DNA of 38,004 nucleotides, from contig JAWCSL010000008.1 of the NCBI GenBank assembly GCA_039090665.1, positions 1 through 38,004 on the forward strand. Direction: 5' to 3'. The translations under genes were made by a program, and so were the position numbers. Source of the stretch: Candidatus Aenigmatarchaeota archaeon (GTDB taxonomy: Archaea > Aenigmatarchaeota > Aenigmatarchaeia > CG10238-14 > SCSR01). The number at the start of each line of letters is the position of its first letter. The first letter of the stretch is position 1. Positions 18,008 through 27,415 of this stretch are shown here, piece by piece. The notes under the pieces were generated by a model, which had not been told where the DNA came from, did not search any database, and saw nothing but the letters and a program-made list of their open reading frames with translations.

Positions 18008-19295
18008 TGAGTTAAAAAAGTTTTTGGGGAAAAAAGTCAAGCTTTTTGGTTGGGTTCATGATGTAAGATTTCTTGGTAAGATTAACTTTATTGTTTTAAG
18101 GGATAGGGAAGGTACGGTGCAAGTAATAGTCCCGAAAGATAAAGTTCCTCCAGAAACTTTTGAAATTACGAAAAAGATGCATCAAGAAGATGTAATTGCT
18201 GTTGAGGGGAAGGTTGTCAAAAGTAAAGTAGCAAAAGTTGGTATTGAAGTTTTGCCAGAAAAAATTGAGATTGTAAACAAGGCAGAAACTCCATTGCCAT
18301 TGGATCCAAGGTGGGTAACACCAGCAAACCTAGACACAAGGCTAGAGTGGAGACCACTTGACTTGAGAAGGAGAGAAAATTTGGCAGTCTTTCGGATACA
18401 AGCAAAAATAGTTGAAGCAGCAGAAGAATTCTTGAGGAAAAATGGCTTCATCCAAGTTTTTACACCAGCAATAATAGGAGGAATTTCAGAGGGTGGCGCT
18501 GAAGTTTTTAAGATAGATTTTTTTGGTAAAGAGGCTTTTCTAAGGCAAGATCCACAATTACACAGGCAATTGGTTATCCTAGGTGGTTTTGAAAGAATTT
18601 TTGACATCGGTCCAAACTGGAGAGCGGAGCTTTCAGACACACCATACCATCTTGCAGAGCATAGAGGAATTGCACCAGAATTTATCTTAAAAGATGAGAG
18701 GGATGTGATGAAACTTGAAGAAAAAATGATAGTTTATATCATAAAAAAAGTTGTTAAAGAGTGTAAGAAAGAGCTTGAAATTCTGGGTAAAGAAATAAAA
18801 GTTCCAAAAACACCTTTTCCAGAGCTAAGATTTCCAAAAATTTATGATATCTTAGAAGAACATGGAAAAAAATTACCTTTTGGTTCAGATCTTGATAAGG
18901 AAGCTCAAAGAATTTTGGCTAGGTATGTAAAGGAAAAATTCAAGAATGATTTCTTTTTCATCAATAGATTCCCTTTTAAAGTTAAACCTTTTTATGTAAT
19001 GCGCGTGGATGAGGAGCCTGAATGGGCTAGAAGTGTAGACTTAATCTTCAAGGAAATAGAAATGTCTTCAGGAGGCCAAAGAGAACATAGGTATGATAGA
19101 ATAATTCAGCAAGTTAAAGAAAAAGGTATGAAGCTAGATCACATAAAATGGTTCACAGAAAATTTCAAATATGGAGCACCTCCACATGGTGGTTTTTGTT
19201 TGGGTCTAGAAAGGTTTACGATGCAGCTACTTGATATAGGAAACATAAAAGAAGCTACACTCTTTCCAAGATATGCTACAAGAATTCTCCCCTAA
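17988..19295 (+). CDS. aspS: Archaeal-type aspartate--tRNA ligase
   Basis: OB fold GWVH..R.LG, LDLR, EGGAEVF, PQL, RAE, SGGQREH, PPHGGF.LGLER. Confidence 0.93.
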   Translation: MKRIFTNELKKFLGKKVKLFGWVHDVRFLGKINFIVLRDREGTVQVIVPKDKVPPETFEITKKMHQEDVIAVEGKVVKSKVAKVGIEVLPEKIEIVNKAETPLPLDPRWVTPANLDTRLEWRPLDLRRRENLAVFRIQAKIVEAAEEFLRKNGFIQVFTPAIIGGISEGGAEVFKIDFFGKEAFLRQDPQLHRQLVILGGFERIFDIGPNWRAELSDTPYHLAEHRGIAPEFILKDERDVMKLEEKMIVYIIKKVVKECKKELEILGKEIKVPKTPFPELRFPKIYDILEEHGKKLPFGSDLDKEAQRILARYVKEKFKNDFFFINRFPFKVKPFYVMRVDEEPEWARSVDLIFKEIEMSSGGQREHRYDRIIQQVKEKGMKLDHIKWFTENFKYGAPPHGGFCLGLERFTMQLLDIGNIKEATLFPRYATRILP

Positions 19296-19537
19296 CCAGA
19301 TTCTTTTCTTAAAAAGAGTTTGACAGCTTCTATATGTGAACAATTTTTTTCTTTTAGTGTAAAATATGTACAATCACAAAAGAAATTTCTACTTATTTTT
19401 TCAAAAATTACAGAGTGCATTTCTGTTTCTCCTTGCACTTTGAAATGAATTCTTTTTTCAGTTTCAATTTCTTTTTTCACTTTACCTTCTTCAAAGAGTT
19501 TCTTGGCTTTCTTCTTGATCTCGTCAGAAATTTTCAT
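19292..19537 (-). CDS. SWIM-type zinc finger protein
   Basis: Start moved to ATG 19537 (MKISDEIKKKAKKL); FFCDC.....KNCSHI (CxCxnCxH). Confidence 0.75.
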   Translation of the reverse strand: MKISDEIKKKAKKLFEEGKVKKEIETEKRIHFKVQGETEMHSVIFEKISRNFFCDCTYFTLKEKNCSHIEAVKLFLRKESG

Positions 19538-19593
19538 TAATATTGAATTTTGAAGATTAAAATTTAAATCCATGAAAGAACAAAAAATCTTTG

Positions 19594-19719
19594 ATGAAAA
19601 AGTTTTGTGATGTTTGTAAAAAAAGTGTGCGAGAAGCTGGAAGACTCTATCGTTACCGCTTTCTTGATGTTTGTAAAAAGTGTAGGGAAAAACTGAAAAA
19701 GAATAAGAAATTAACATAA
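19594..19719 (+). CDS. 41-aa C4 zinc-finger microprotein (below ORF-track cutoff)
   Basis: MKKFCDVCKKSVREAGRLYRYRFLDVCKKCREKLKKNKKLT*; stop lies 3 nt before the dph2 ATG. Confidence 0.6.
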   Translation: MKKFCDVCKKSVREAGRLYRYRFLDVCKKCREKLKKNKKLT

Positions 19720-19722
19720 GTT

Positions 19723-20652
19723 ATGGAAATTCCTCAAGAAATCTTGGAAAAATTGAAAATTTTAAATGCCAAAAGAATTTTGGTTCAATTTCCTGAAGGC
19801 TTGAGACTTAGAATTCAGAAAATTTTAAATGAGCTTGAAAAAAACGGTTTTGAGCCGATTCTTTCAGTAGAAAAATGTTTTGGAGCTTGTGATGTTAGAG
19901 AAAATGAGGCAAAACTTCTAAAATGCGATGCAATTTTACACATAGGCCACGAAAGATTTCTACCAAAGTCAAAAGTCCCTGTTGTTTATTGGGAATATTT
20001 TATGGAATCAGATCCTTTACCAATACTTGAAAAAGAGCTTGAAAAATTGAAAGATTTTGAAAAAATAGGGTTGATAACGAGCATACAGTTTGTAAAACTT
20101 TTACCAAGGGTTGAAGAATTCTTAAAGAAAAGGGGAAAGAAAGTTTTTATTCATAAAGCTTTACAATATCCAGGCCAGGTTCTGGGATGTGATTTAAGAG
20201 CAGCTAAAGCTATAGAGAAAAAAGTAGATTGTTTTCTTGCAATCTCTGCAGGAGAATTTTATGCAGCTGGTTTAGTGCTTCAAACAGAAAAACCTGTTTT
20301 GAACTTGGATTTGGAAAGAAGAGAAATAAGAAACTTAGAAGAATTCAAAAAAAAGGTTCAAAAAATTGTTGTTTGGAATAAAGCCCAATTGAAAGATGCT
20401 AAAAGAATTGGTTTGATTGTGAGCTGGAAAAAAGGACAACTTAAGCTACCTTTTGAACTAAAAAAAAGATTGGAAGCTAAAGGCAAAGAAGTTTATATTC
20501 TAGCTATGGATGAAGTCACTCCAGAAAAAATTGAAGGTTTGGAGCTCGATTTCTTGATAAATTTTGCCTGTCCAAGAATTGCCATAGATGACCAAGCAAA
20601 GTATCCAATTCCAATCTTAAACTACGATCAACTGAACTCAAAAAGAATTTAA
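19723..20652 (+). CDS. dph2: Diphthamide biosynthesis enzyme Dph2
   Basis: QFPEGL, CFGACD, HIGH, GQVLGC, KKGQ, ACPRI (three Fe-S cysteines). Confidence 0.95.
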   Translation: MEIPQEILEKLKILNAKRILVQFPEGLRLRIQKILNELEKNGFEPILSVEKCFGACDVRENEAKLLKCDAILHIGHERFLPKSKVPVVYWEYFMESDPLPILEKELEKLKDFEKIGLITSIQFVKLLPRVEEFLKKRGKKVFIHKALQYPGQVLGCDLRAAKAIEKKVDCFLAISAGEFYAAGLVLQTEKPVLNLDLERREIRNLEEFKKKVQKIVVWNKAQLKDAKRIGLIVSWKKGQLKLPFELKKRLEAKGKEVYILAMDEVTPEKIEGLELDFLINFACPRIAIDDQAKYPIPILNYDQLNSKRI

Positions 20653-20686
20653 ATATTAGCAATTCAATAATAGTTTGAGTGGTTAA

Positions 20687-20968
20687 ATGGAGCTAAAGAT
20701 TATAAAAGAAGACGATAAAACCCTATTTATAGAAGCAACGGGAGAAACATACACTCTTACAAATACGATTAGAGAAGAACTTTGGAATGATAAAAATGTT
20801 TCTGAAGCTGCTGATGTTAAAGAACATCCTTACTTAAGCCAACCAAAGATTTTCGTGAGAGTTTCAAAAGGCTCTCCCAAAGAAGCTCTGGAAAAAGCTG
20901 CTGAGAGAATAGCTGAAAAAGCGAAAGAATTTGGGGAAGAATTCAAGAAAGCTTTGAGGGCTGAGTAA
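20687..20968 (+). CDS. rpoL: DNA-directed RNA polymerase subunit Rpo11 (L)
   Basis: GETYTL.N.IREEL...V..A....HP...P.I.V....P.EAL..A. Confidence 0.88.
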   Translation: MELKIIKEDDKTLFIEATGETYTLTNTIREELWNDKNVSEAADVKEHPYLSQPKIFVRVSKGSPKEALEKAAERIAEKAKEFGEEFKKALRAE

Positions 20969-20970
20969 AT

Positions 20971-21543
20971 TTAGCAAATTTTTTTACCAACTTCTTTCAA
21001 AAGTGTAGAATTCACATAGATTGAAGAATTTGTCCTTAAAGCTATTGCTATGGCATCACTTGGTCTTGCATCTAGGCTTACAACAATATTACCTTGTCTT
21101 AAGATAAGTTTGGAATAGAAAGAGTTTTCTTTAAGTTCAGTTACTTTGACCATTAGAACTTCTATTCCCAAAGAATTGAAAGCATCTGCTACAATATCAT
21201 GAGCATTTGGCCTTGCTACATAGCTTTTTTCTATTCCCCTTTGAATAGATTCAGCTTGACTAGCTTCAACACTTGCTGTCAACTCATAACAATCTGTTTT
21301 CAAGCTCACTGCACCCAAATTTCCAAGAGTTGCTGTTTCTATTTTCTCAACTTTGGAAAAACCAGAAGTGGAAAGCTCGGGCAAGATTATTTCTTGAAGA
21401 GTTTGTTCTAGCTCTTTTGGCCAGAATATATAGATTGTCAGGCCAATGACAATTAACAAGAGAATGAAAGAAAGGATTTTATAGCGTTCAGGTCCTTTTT
21501 TCCACTTGTATTTCATATTCATATTTATTTCTTCTCCCAACAA
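20971..21543 (-). CDS. Bifunctional nuclease (BFN/DUF151) family protein with N-terminal TM helix
   Basis: A.SI..GI.....RPNAHD, FYSKL, LDARPSDAIAIALR; TM ILSFILLLIVIGLTIYIFW. Confidence 0.85.
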   Translation of the reverse strand: MLGEEINMNMKYKWKKGPERYKILSFILLLIVIGLTIYIFWPKELEQTLQEIILPELSTSGFSKVEKIETATLGNLGAVSLKTDCYELTASVEASQAESIQRGIEKSYVARPNAHDIVADAFNSLGIEVLMVKVTELKENSFYSKLILRQGNIVVSLDARPSDAIAIALRTNSSIYVNSTLLKEVGKKIC

Positions 21544-21581
21544 GATAAAAGCTTTTATAGGGAATAGTCCATAATAAAATT

Positions 21582-21995
21582 ATGAGTTCAAAAGCTATAA
21601 GTCCCATGATAGCCACTATTCTTTTAATAGCTTTCACAGTGGCTGTGGGTGGAATAATAAGTGTTTGGCTTACAGGTTACACAAGAACAACAGGTGCTGC
21701 AGTCTCCGGAGCAACAGAAGATCAGATAAAATGCTTGGGAACCTATCCAAACATATATGCTGTTACTGACAAGGCAATTTTCATAACAAATCCTGGCAGT
21801 GAGAATATAACTGACATCATTTGCATGAGTGGTGATGGAAAATCATTTGGCCCAATAGGAGATCTTACTCCAGGCAACATAACTTCTGTAGAATGGCACA
21901 TGGGAGCAAATACTTCTGTTGTTTGTTCTGGTAAGTGCAGATCAATAGGAGTTACTGGAGAATGTAGAAAAGGCCAAACTTGTTGGGCTTCATAA
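21582..21995 (+). CDS. Archaeal type IV pilin
   Basis: SKA/ISPMIATILLIAFTVAVGG class III signal peptide. Confidence 0.88.
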   Translation: MSSKAISPMIATILLIAFTVAVGGIISVWLTGYTRTTGAAVSGATEDQIKCLGTYPNIYAVTDKAIFITNPGSENITDIICMSGDGKSFGPIGDLTPGNITSVEWHMGANTSVVCSGKCRSIGVTGECRKGQTCWAS

Positions 21996-22116
21996 GGAAG
22001 AAGCAGGTTTCGAAGCCTTTTCTTACCATTACTTATTTAGATCTTGTCCTTATCTTATCCTTAAATGTGAAAGAATTTTCCCCCTTCTGATAAAGAGTTG
22101 AATTTCTTAGGAAAAG

Positions 22117-23292
22117 TTAGCAGGTAGTTATTTTCAATATAGGCTTGCCATTAACCTCGCCAGCTTTTTCTACACAAATCTTGTGAGTCCCTTTACTAAT
22201 CCTGAAATTCCCTGTTAAGATGATTTTGTTATATTCAAGAACAAGCTGATAATTTGAGGCTTTAGTATCGTAATTTTCTTTTATTTCTTCCTCGCTTAAA
22301 GCTCTGTTGTAAATTCTAACTTCATCTATTGTACCATTAGCAATATAATGAACATCCACTTTCCCCAAAACTATTGGTTTTGAACCATTTGCCAAAGCCC
22401 CAATAACAACAGTTGGTGAAGAAATTAAACCATTGGCGACAGTATAAACCTTGCTCCCATCAAAAATGATACCGACTTGATTCCATTCAGCGGGAGAAAT
22501 AGAAAGTGATGGTGCATTGAAATAAGTTCCAGTCATGTTTGTGATTTGTGCAAAAACCGACAAGCCATTGCTAGCTACCAATACACGATTTCCATCTTCA
22601 CCATATCCATTTAGACCAGTGATTATTGTGTGATAGCTTGACTGTACACCGCCTGCTGGTCCAGATCTTTTCCACCAAGCTAACGCAGTGAAAGAATTTG
22701 GAACAGAAACAACATAAGAAGAGTTAACATAATCATCTATTCCATCAAATTTCAAAGCCCTTCCAAACTTTCCATCAACCCATTCAGGACACCCTGCTCC
22801 AACTAAAGGGGGATTTGAGCAAATTGAGCTTCCATTGTAAAGTGTGCCATGATTTCCATAACCAGAGCTATCTTCAGCCATTGTCCCATTTCTTTCATCA
22901 AACCTCCAATATCCAATCAAGCCTATAGCGTTCATACCAACAGTATACTTCAGATTTCCCACTTTCTTCAACATAGGTGCAGCAAACGGGCTATATTTTA
23001 ATTCAGCTTTGAATTGTAAAGCTCCTGTAAAATTTCCACTAGTGTTTACTATTCTGTAACTTCCATCAGAAACTTTAACAACAACACTTCTCAAGCTTCC
23101 TATACCTTCTGAAGCAACTTCCCTTATCAAGTTATCTAAAAGCTTCATATTTTGTTCGGCTTCATTTATTAAGGCAGATTCATAAGCTCTTTCAACTGTA
23201 GGCTTTAAAACATTGAGTGCAAGATAAGTTGCTGTTGTTGAAATTAAAATAAGCAGAAGAATGGAAATAAAAGTTGAAATTCCTTTTCTCAT
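22117..23292 (-). CDS. Pilin-like protein with inserted LamG-like jellyroll domain
   Basis: RKG/ISTFISILLLIL; GLIGYWRFDE..G..AEDSSG..NHGTL, GKFGRALKFDG, GTIDEVRIYNRALS. Confidence 0.88.
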   Translation of the reverse strand: MRKGISTFISILLLILISTTATYLALNVLKPTVERAYESALINEAEQNMKLLDNLIREVASEGIGSLRSVVVKVSDGSYRIVNTSGNFTGALQFKAELKYSPFAAPMLKKVGNLKYTVGMNAIGLIGYWRFDERNGTMAEDSSGYGNHGTLYNGSSICSNPPLVGAGCPEWVDGKFGRALKFDGIDDYVNSSYVVSVPNSFTALAWWKRSGPAGGVQSSYHTIITGLNGYGEDGNRVLVASNGLSVFAQITNMTGTYFNAPSLSISPAEWNQVGIIFDGSKVYTVANGLISSPTVVIGALANGSKPIVLGKVDVHYIANGTIDEVRIYNRALSEEEIKENYDTKASNYQLVLEYNKIILTGNFRISKGTHKICVEKAGEVNGKPILKITTC

Positions 23293-23333
23293 TAAATAAG
23301 AAATTGTTTTTCTTTTAGTTTATTGGTTATCAC

Positions 23334-23969
23334 TCAAACAATCTCCAAAATTATGGAGAACTTGTCTCTATTTTTTATTTCCCAACCAACCATCTCAAGG
23401 TCAAAAAATCCCACAAACTTATTTTTTCCAATTTCCACTGGAATCGTGATATTGTAAGAGTTGATTTCTTTTGATGTTGTGAAAGTGAGTGTTAAAGTGT
23501 AATTAACATTTGAAATAGTGTTAAAAACAAAATCTTTTTTTATACTCGTTCCATCTTCAAAATTAAAAAAGCTCTGACTTGAACCATCATAACTGAAACT
23601 CAAGTTCAAATTATTTATGGGTTCACCCAAAAAATTAAAAATCGTTACATTTAATCCTGTGTCAGAGCCCGCCGTGACATTTCTATAGCTCGCTTCAACT
23701 GCAATACCTTTTAATTCTATTGTTTTAGATTTAAGTCTAAACCTCACATAATTTAAATAATTTTCTATTTTTTCACCCTCATTTTTATTGTAAGAATATT
23801 CAATGGTTCTTATCAACCCGTTCTTTACATTCAAGAATTCTTTTCTTGATATACTGCTCTCAAGACTTCGCTTGTTTTCTATTATTTTAGTAAGGTCTAA
23901 ACTACTTTTAATTAAAAAAAGCACGATTATGATTACAATTGCTGATATCAAAAAAAACTGGCCTTTCAT
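23334..23969 (-). CDS. Class III signal-peptide (minor pilin-like) protein
   Basis: MKG/QFFLISAIVIII. Confidence 0.7.
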   Translation of the reverse strand: MKGQFFLISAIVIIIVLFLIKSSLDLTKIIENKRSLESSISRKEFLNVKNGLIRTIEYSYNKNEGEKIENYLNYVRFRLKSKTIELKGIAVEASYRNVTAGSDTGLNVTIFNFLGEPINNLNLSFSYDGSSQSFFNFEDGTSIKKDFVFNTISNVNYTLTLTFTTSKEINSYNITIPVEIGKNKFVGFFDLEMVGWEIKNRDKFSIILEIV

Positions 23970-24352
23970 GTTCCTCGCCAGAGATAAAGCAAAATTTCTC
24001 TTGGTTCCACATGAGTCACATTGCCTGCAACAAAATAGCTAACCGAAACAACTTTTTCTGACTTAAAATTAATGGTTGGACAAGTTTGTTCACATATCAA
24101 AACTTTATAATCAAGACCAATTGGTAAAAGTTCAGTTAAAGCATCTTCTATTTTTTCACTCTCATTTGCCAAAGCATAATTGGCAAGCTTGTTTGAATCG
24201 TCTAAAACCTTGAGAGCTTCAAATCCCCTAATCTTCCATATCACAATTTCAACATCTGGAATTTTTTCTTCTGTTCTAAATAAAGAAAAGTAAGCTACTA
24301 AAACAAATAATATTGCAACCAAAACTTCAAAACTTTTCAATATACCTTTCAT
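23966..24352 (-). CDS. Class III signal-peptide (minor pilin-like) protein
   Basis: MKG/ILKSFEVLVAILFV. Confidence 0.65.
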   Translation of the reverse strand: MKGILKSFEVLVAILFVLVAYFSLFRTEEKIPDVEIVIWKIRGFEALKVLDDSNKLANYALANESEKIEDALTELLPIGLDYKVLICEQTCPTINFKSEKVVSVSYFVAGNVTHVEPREILLYLWRGT

Positions 24353-25050
24353 GAGAGTTCCACCCTAAATGCATAGCCTTTTGGGATTGTTTGCAAAACT
24401 TCTTCATAATTTAAGCTTCTCAATGCTATAAGCTTGTTTACAGAAATCATTTGAAGCTCTTGGACAGGAAAAATTTCGAAAGAATAATTCGTTTCATTGA
24501 CAGGAAAAGGTAAAGAATAGTTTGGTGGAATTACATTTTTTTCAGAAGAAAAATAGAGGAAAAAGAATTGGGATTGATAAGGCTGTAAAGATATATTAAA
24601 AACAATTTCACCTGTTTTAAGATAACCCCCATCACAAAAAGTTTGATTGTAAAGTTGGAAAGGAACTTCTGAATTGTTTGAATTGTAAAGTCTAATTGTA
24701 TTATTCGAAATTTTCCTGTTACAACTCAAATCAAATTCCACACTTCCATTTATTGCTATGTTATTTCTTTGAGTACCATTTTTTTCAGTAACATTTATTA
24801 AGATTCTGTATAAGTTGTTCATCAAACCTATCTTCACAGGAGCAATTTCTGAATCTTCCCAATTAGCGGGTACTCCTTTATCGATAAAAAAAGTGGTAAA
24901 AAGGTCTGAAGCTATTCCACGTAAATCAGAAGATTCAGCAATACTCCTGTAATTCAGGAGATAACTAACCAAATAGCCAAAAAGAATTCCAAGAAAAACT
25001 ATGAAAATACCAGTAGCTATGGCAAAATCTATGTGGGATAATACCATCAA
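24349..25050 (-). CDS. Minor pilin-like protein
   Basis: N-terminal IDFAIATGIFIVFL TM; KGVPANWE motif; coupled within the pilin operon; basic cleavage motif not clear. Confidence 0.55.
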   Translation of the reverse strand: MMVLSHIDFAIATGIFIVFLGILFGYLVSYLLNYRSIAESSDLRGIASDLFTTFFIDKGVPANWEDSEIAPVKIGLMNNLYRILINVTEKNGTQRNNIAINGSVEFDLSCNRKISNNTIRLYNSNNSEVPFQLYNQTFCDGGYLKTGEIVFNISLQPYQSQFFFLYFSSEKNVIPPNYSLPFPVNETNYSFEIFPVQELQMISVNKLIALRSLNYEEVLQTIPKGYAFRVELS

Positions 25051-25634
25051 CTCACCTTGATATCTATAATTATATCCTGAGGACCTATCACTATACTATC
25101 TCTAATCGTGCCATTCCAATTATACCTGAAATATCTCAAAGTGCTATTCAAACCGTTCTCACTTTTTCCTTGAACAGAAACATCAACATTCGGAATTTCT
25201 CTTTCCACTTCTATAATAGGTGATTGTGTAGTCCTCAAGATAATTTTAATACCTGAAGATTTTATCACTGGTGCAGCAGCTGGCTTTCCTTGAACGCTAA
25301 CATTTGAAATCTGAATCCAAATTGGGTTTGTCGTGATCAAAATAACTTCATAATTCCTTCCAGAAACTTGATTAGGCAGCTTTAAGTCAATTTCAGCTAG
25401 CTTTACACTTTCATTAACTCCAGGATAAAATTTTGAATTTTTTCCAATCTCATACAGTTTTATTATATTGCTGGATATTTCCATCCCAATTTGATTCAAA
25501 TTATTTTCAATTTCATTTTTGAGCTGGTTAGTGTAGAAATTGTAAGCCATAACTGAGATGGTAGCAAGCACTATTACACCAAAGAAAACCATGAAAATAT
25601 TTTCTACTATTTCAGCTTGTCCTTTTCTCATCAA
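25047..25634 (-). CDS. Class III signal-peptide (minor pilin-like) protein
   Basis: RKG/QAEIVENIFMVFFGVIVL. Confidence 0.7.
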   Translation of the reverse strand: MMRKGQAEIVENIFMVFFGVIVLATISVMAYNFYTNQLKNEIENNLNQIGMEISSNIIKLYEIGKNSKFYPGVNESVKLAEIDLKLPNQVSGRNYEVILITTNPIWIQISNVSVQGKPAAAPVIKSSGIKIILRTTQSPIIEVEREIPNVDVSVQGKSENGLNSTLRYFRYNWNGTIRDSIVIGPQDIIIDIKVS

Positions 25635-25687
25635 TTAAATTTTGTTATCTGCAATATATTTATTAGCCCAAATCCAAATTTAGATTA

Positions 25688-26119
25688 ATGAAAGGAATTT
25701 CGCCATTGGTAGCATCAGTTCTTTTGATAGCTATAACGATGTCAGTAGCAGGCATCCTAGCTTTTTGGGTTTCAAGTTACACTTCTTCAACTTTACCAAA
25801 AATGAATAGAACAGAAGAGTGTAGATTTTCAAATTTTGAAATATGGAGTTGTACGATAGATAAATCAACAGGAACTCTTACTTTTGTTTTACACAATATA
25901 GGCCAATATGAAATTCTAGATCTTACAGCTTATGTAGCCACCACTGACAATACAATCAGCCCAATGGTAAAACTGAATAGTTCTCTACTAGTTGGAGAAT
26001 ATAAAAGCTTTAGCTTAACAAATTCTTCAACAAATGTTCCAGCAGAAAAATTTTCTAAGTTAATAATCGCGACATCATGTCCAGATTTGAGTAGAGAATC
26101 TTTTTGTGTAGGAAGATAA
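25688..26119 (+). CDS. Archaeal type IV pilin
   Basis: MKG/ISPLVASVLLIAITMSVAG. Confidence 0.88.
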   Translation: MKGISPLVASVLLIAITMSVAGILAFWVSSYTSSTLPKMNRTEECRFSNFEIWSCTIDKSTGTLTFVLHNIGQYEILDLTAYVATTDNTISPMVKLNSSLLVGEYKSFSLTNSSTNVPAEKFSKLIIATSCPDLSRESFCVGR

Positions 26120-26120
26120 G

Positions 26121-26594
26121 ATGAAAGGCGTTTCCACTTTTATAGCTACAATTCTACTGATTGCTATAACAGTAGCTGTGGGCGGAATTGTGGGTAACTG
26201 GCTTTTTGGTTTCACAAAAAGCTCCACTCACTCAGTAGGACAACAAGCCGATATTGAAATTGTTTGTAGTTACGGTAGCATTTCTCTTTCAGACGTGTGT
26301 TATTCGAATAATTATCTTTCTGGTTTCATTACTAATACAGGCAAGATTCCATTAGGTAACATAACCCTAACAGTGATTTACAAAAACGCTTCCACCCAAA
26401 AGTATTACCTTTCTTTTGCTGATGGTACAGTAATTGCTGAAAAATGGTGTTGTGGTAATTTAACTATACTTGTGAATGAAAAATACATGTTCAATATTCC
26501 AACAGATGAAAATTATGATAGAGTTTATATCTCAACCAATTGTACTGGTAGAGTAACAGATGAAATTAAATCTTATGAAATAACACCATGCTAA
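26121..26594 (+). CDS. Archaeal type IV pilin
   Basis: MKG/VSTFIATILLIAITVAVGG. Confidence 0.88.
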   Translation: MKGVSTFIATILLIAITVAVGGIVGNWLFGFTKSSTHSVGQQADIEIVCSYGSISLSDVCYSNNYLSGFITNTGKIPLGNITLTVIYKNASTQKYYLSFADGTVIAEKWCCGNLTILVNEKYMFNIPTDENYDRVYISTNCTGRVTDEIKSYEITPC

Positions 26595-27415
26595 CCAAAA
26601 AAAGTGAAAATAAGTAAGCCAACAACTGCCATTATCAGGCTATGTTTCACACCACTTATTATTCTACCTTCGGCCATTTTTCCCACACATAAACCGGCAA
26701 AAGCTCCTTGTAATACAATAAGATTCATAAAAAGGTTTTTGTACTCATTAGCCAAATTTTGTTGTTGAACATTAGTTACACCTTCAACACTCACATTAAT
26801 TAAACTTGGTATCAAGAACCTACCCATAGCTATCATAACACCCAGAAAAACAAAAAAAATTATGTATCCAGTAGTTACTTGGGAATAAAGGTACATGGTT
26901 CTTTCTGCTTTAAGTCTTTCTACTTCTACATTTGCATTTACTAGTGCTTCAAGGGTATCAGTGAGATTACCACCAAAACGATGACTTTCAATAACTGAAG
27001 ATATAGTCCTTTGTATCATTTGTGATTTTGTGGATTTGGCAAAGTTGGTCAACACTTTTTCAACAGATACTCCCCAATCAAGCTGTGCCGCCATTTTTTT
27101 AACATAAGGATTGAGTTCTTTGTAATCATTCTTCTTCAAATTTTTCATAGCTTGCTCAATTGTCATACCACCCCTCATCAATTCTATGAAATCTCTGAGA
27201 AAAGCTGGAAACATAGCTTCAATAACTTTAAGCCTCTTGTATTTCAAATATTCAAACAAAACTATAGGCAACACAAACATTATGCAAGCAAGAATGTTTA
27301 TAGTGGAAAAAATGTTCGGGATTTCTTTCAAGAAAATGAAGTTAATTGCTACTATTCCAGCTACAACAAAACCGTTCAATATCACCAATGTAAGGTATTT
27401 TGTCTCTATTTTCAT
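26591..27415 (-). CDS. Type II secretion system F / TadC-like pilus platform protein
   Basis: FPAFLRDF.E..RGGM, DY.EL, WG, GGNL.D.L, GL..GKMAEG....GVKH. Confidence 0.9.
   Translation of the reverse strand: MKIETKYLTLVILNGFVVAGIVAINFIFLKEIPNIFSTINILACIMFVLPIVLFEYLKYKRLKVIEAMFPAFLRDFIELMRGGMTIEQAMKNLKKNDYKELNPYVKKMAAQLDWGVSVEKVLTNFAKSTKSQMIQRTISSVIESHRFGGNLTDTLEALVNANVEVERLKAERTMYLYSQVTTGYIIFFVFLGVMIAMGRFLIPSLINVSVEGVTNVQQQNLANEYKNLFMNLIVLQGAFAGLCVGKMAEGRIISGVKHSLIMAVVGLLIFTFFG

Noticed and set aside
19538..19717. N-terminal extension of the SWIM ORF given by the track
   Set aside because: Better explained by a plus-strand zinc-finger microgene and promoter space.
19594..19719. Possible ribosomal protein uS14 (two CxxC)
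   Set aside because: Lacks the CR.CFRE signature and ribosomal operon context.
21996..22027. Weak hairpin after the pilin gene between convergent genes
   Set aside because: Short imperfect stem; may be a terminator but cannot be supported.
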